Shown here: piece by piece, positions 63,711 through 64,000 of the stretch
Layout: each line of letters begins with the position of its first letter
Numbering within the stretch: position 1 is the stretch's first letter
From: Deltaproteobacteria bacterium
Lineage (GTDB): Bacteria; Desulfobacterota; Deferrisomatia; Deferrisomatales; BM512
Assembly: GCA_002869015.1 (NCBI GenBank)
Contig: PKTT01000002.1
Location: 32,299-96,298, forward strand
Direction of reading: 5' to 3'
DNA: 64,000 nt
Made by a program: the position numbers and the translations under genes
The notes under the pieces: model-generated
The model's input: only the letters and a program-made list of their open reading frames with translations
Told to the model about the DNA's origin: nothing
Database searches by the model: none

Positions 63711-64000
63711 TCACGCTTAACCGCATGCCCTCCGAAAGCCCCGCGCATAGCGGAGAGGAGCTTGTCCGCATAGCTAGAATCGTCCTGGGATTTGAAGCGG
63801 TTAAAGAGCGCGGTTGAGATTACCGGAAGGGAAACGCCCTGCTCAACCCCCTCAAGCACTGTCCAGCGCCCCTCGCCAGAGTCGGGCACGAAGGGGGCAA
63901 GCCCCTCCAATCGAGGATTATCTACCAAAGTTCCCGCCACAAGGTCCAGCAGCCAGGAGCGTACTACGCTGCCATGCCTCCATATCTCTGATATCTGCGC
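63707..64000 (-). CDS. gnd: 6-phosphogluconate dehydrogenase (decarboxylating), C-terminal part; 5' end outside the window
   Basis: The reading frame is open to the window edge: AQISEIWRHGSVVRSWLLDLVAGTLVDNPRLEGLAPFVPDSGEGRWTV...FGGHAVKRD, the conserved Gnd C-terminal domain. Confidence 0.75.
   Translation of the reverse strand, partial: AQISEIWRHGSVVRSWLLDLVAGTLVDNPRLEGLAPFVPDSGEGRWTVLEGVEQGVSLPVISTALFNRFKSQDDSSYADKLLSAMRGAFGGHAVKRD

Noticed and set aside
1-64000. Mobile elements, prophage genes, defence systems, CRISPR arrays and tRNA/rRNA genes
   Set aside because: I recognised no transposase, integrase, phage structural, restriction/abortive-infection or Cas-like proteins among the translations. 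By eye I saw no direct-repeat arrays, and no intergenic gap is large enough for an rRNA. A tRNA scan was not possible without tools, but all gaps over 100 nt were read and none showed a cloverleaf-like arrangement.

Overview
This 64 kb window is a gene-dense chromosomal segment with about 60 CDSs, short intergenic gaps and many 1-4 nt start/stop overlaps. I found no rRNA, tRNA, CRISPR array, transposase or integrase. All family calls come from reading the supplied translations and recalling motifs; no database search was run.

Gene content points to an anaerobic Desulfobacterota/Geobacter-like bacterium (inference). The evidence is pilB-pilT-pilC-pilS-pilR synteny, a dapA-dapB-dapL lysine route, futalosine-type menaquinone genes, a tungsten-type aldehyde:ferredoxin oxidoreductase and the anaerobic cbi cobalamin pathway.

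Contents in map order:
- RND efflux pump: tail of an outer-membrane factor, adaptor and permease (1-4450).
- An uncharacterised seven-gene envelope operon (4624-13509).
- cobQ.
- Type IV pilus motor and regulator genes with no pilin gene.
- aroE, ribF, a NosD-like beta-helix protein and ispH.
- Rrf2 regulator, USP, an orphan AmmeMemoRadiSam radical SAM enzyme, a nitroreductase and xth.
- prmA and holC.
- A long minus-strand operon: dapA-dapB-dapL-folK-small protein-AOR-aldolase.
- CDF transporter.
- mqnA, a UbiD-like decarboxylase and a cysE-like acetyltransferase.
- A YidD-like/TPR pair, ssb, an M20 peptidase and ybaK.
- The UPF0210/ACT pair fused onto the cbiX-C-D-ET-F-G-H operon.
- A three-gene signalling module.
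- pcnB.
- A DsbC-like protein, a membrane protein and a flavoprotein disulfide reductase; then the 3' end of gnd.

Best candidates for something undescribed:
1. The seven-gene operon at 4540-13509, preceded by a sigma-54-type promoter. It encodes a polytopic spermidine-synthase-fold protein, three tandem paralogous secreted proteins or lipoproteins of three CarboxypepD_reg-like domains each, a NosD-like beta-helix lipoprotein, a Tat-exported DUF362 protein and a fused NapH/NapG-like polyferredoxin. No recognisable catalytic enzyme is present.
2. The REC / TM-HAMP-PAS-pseudokinase-DEDDh exonuclease / GAF-kinase module at 54470-58373.
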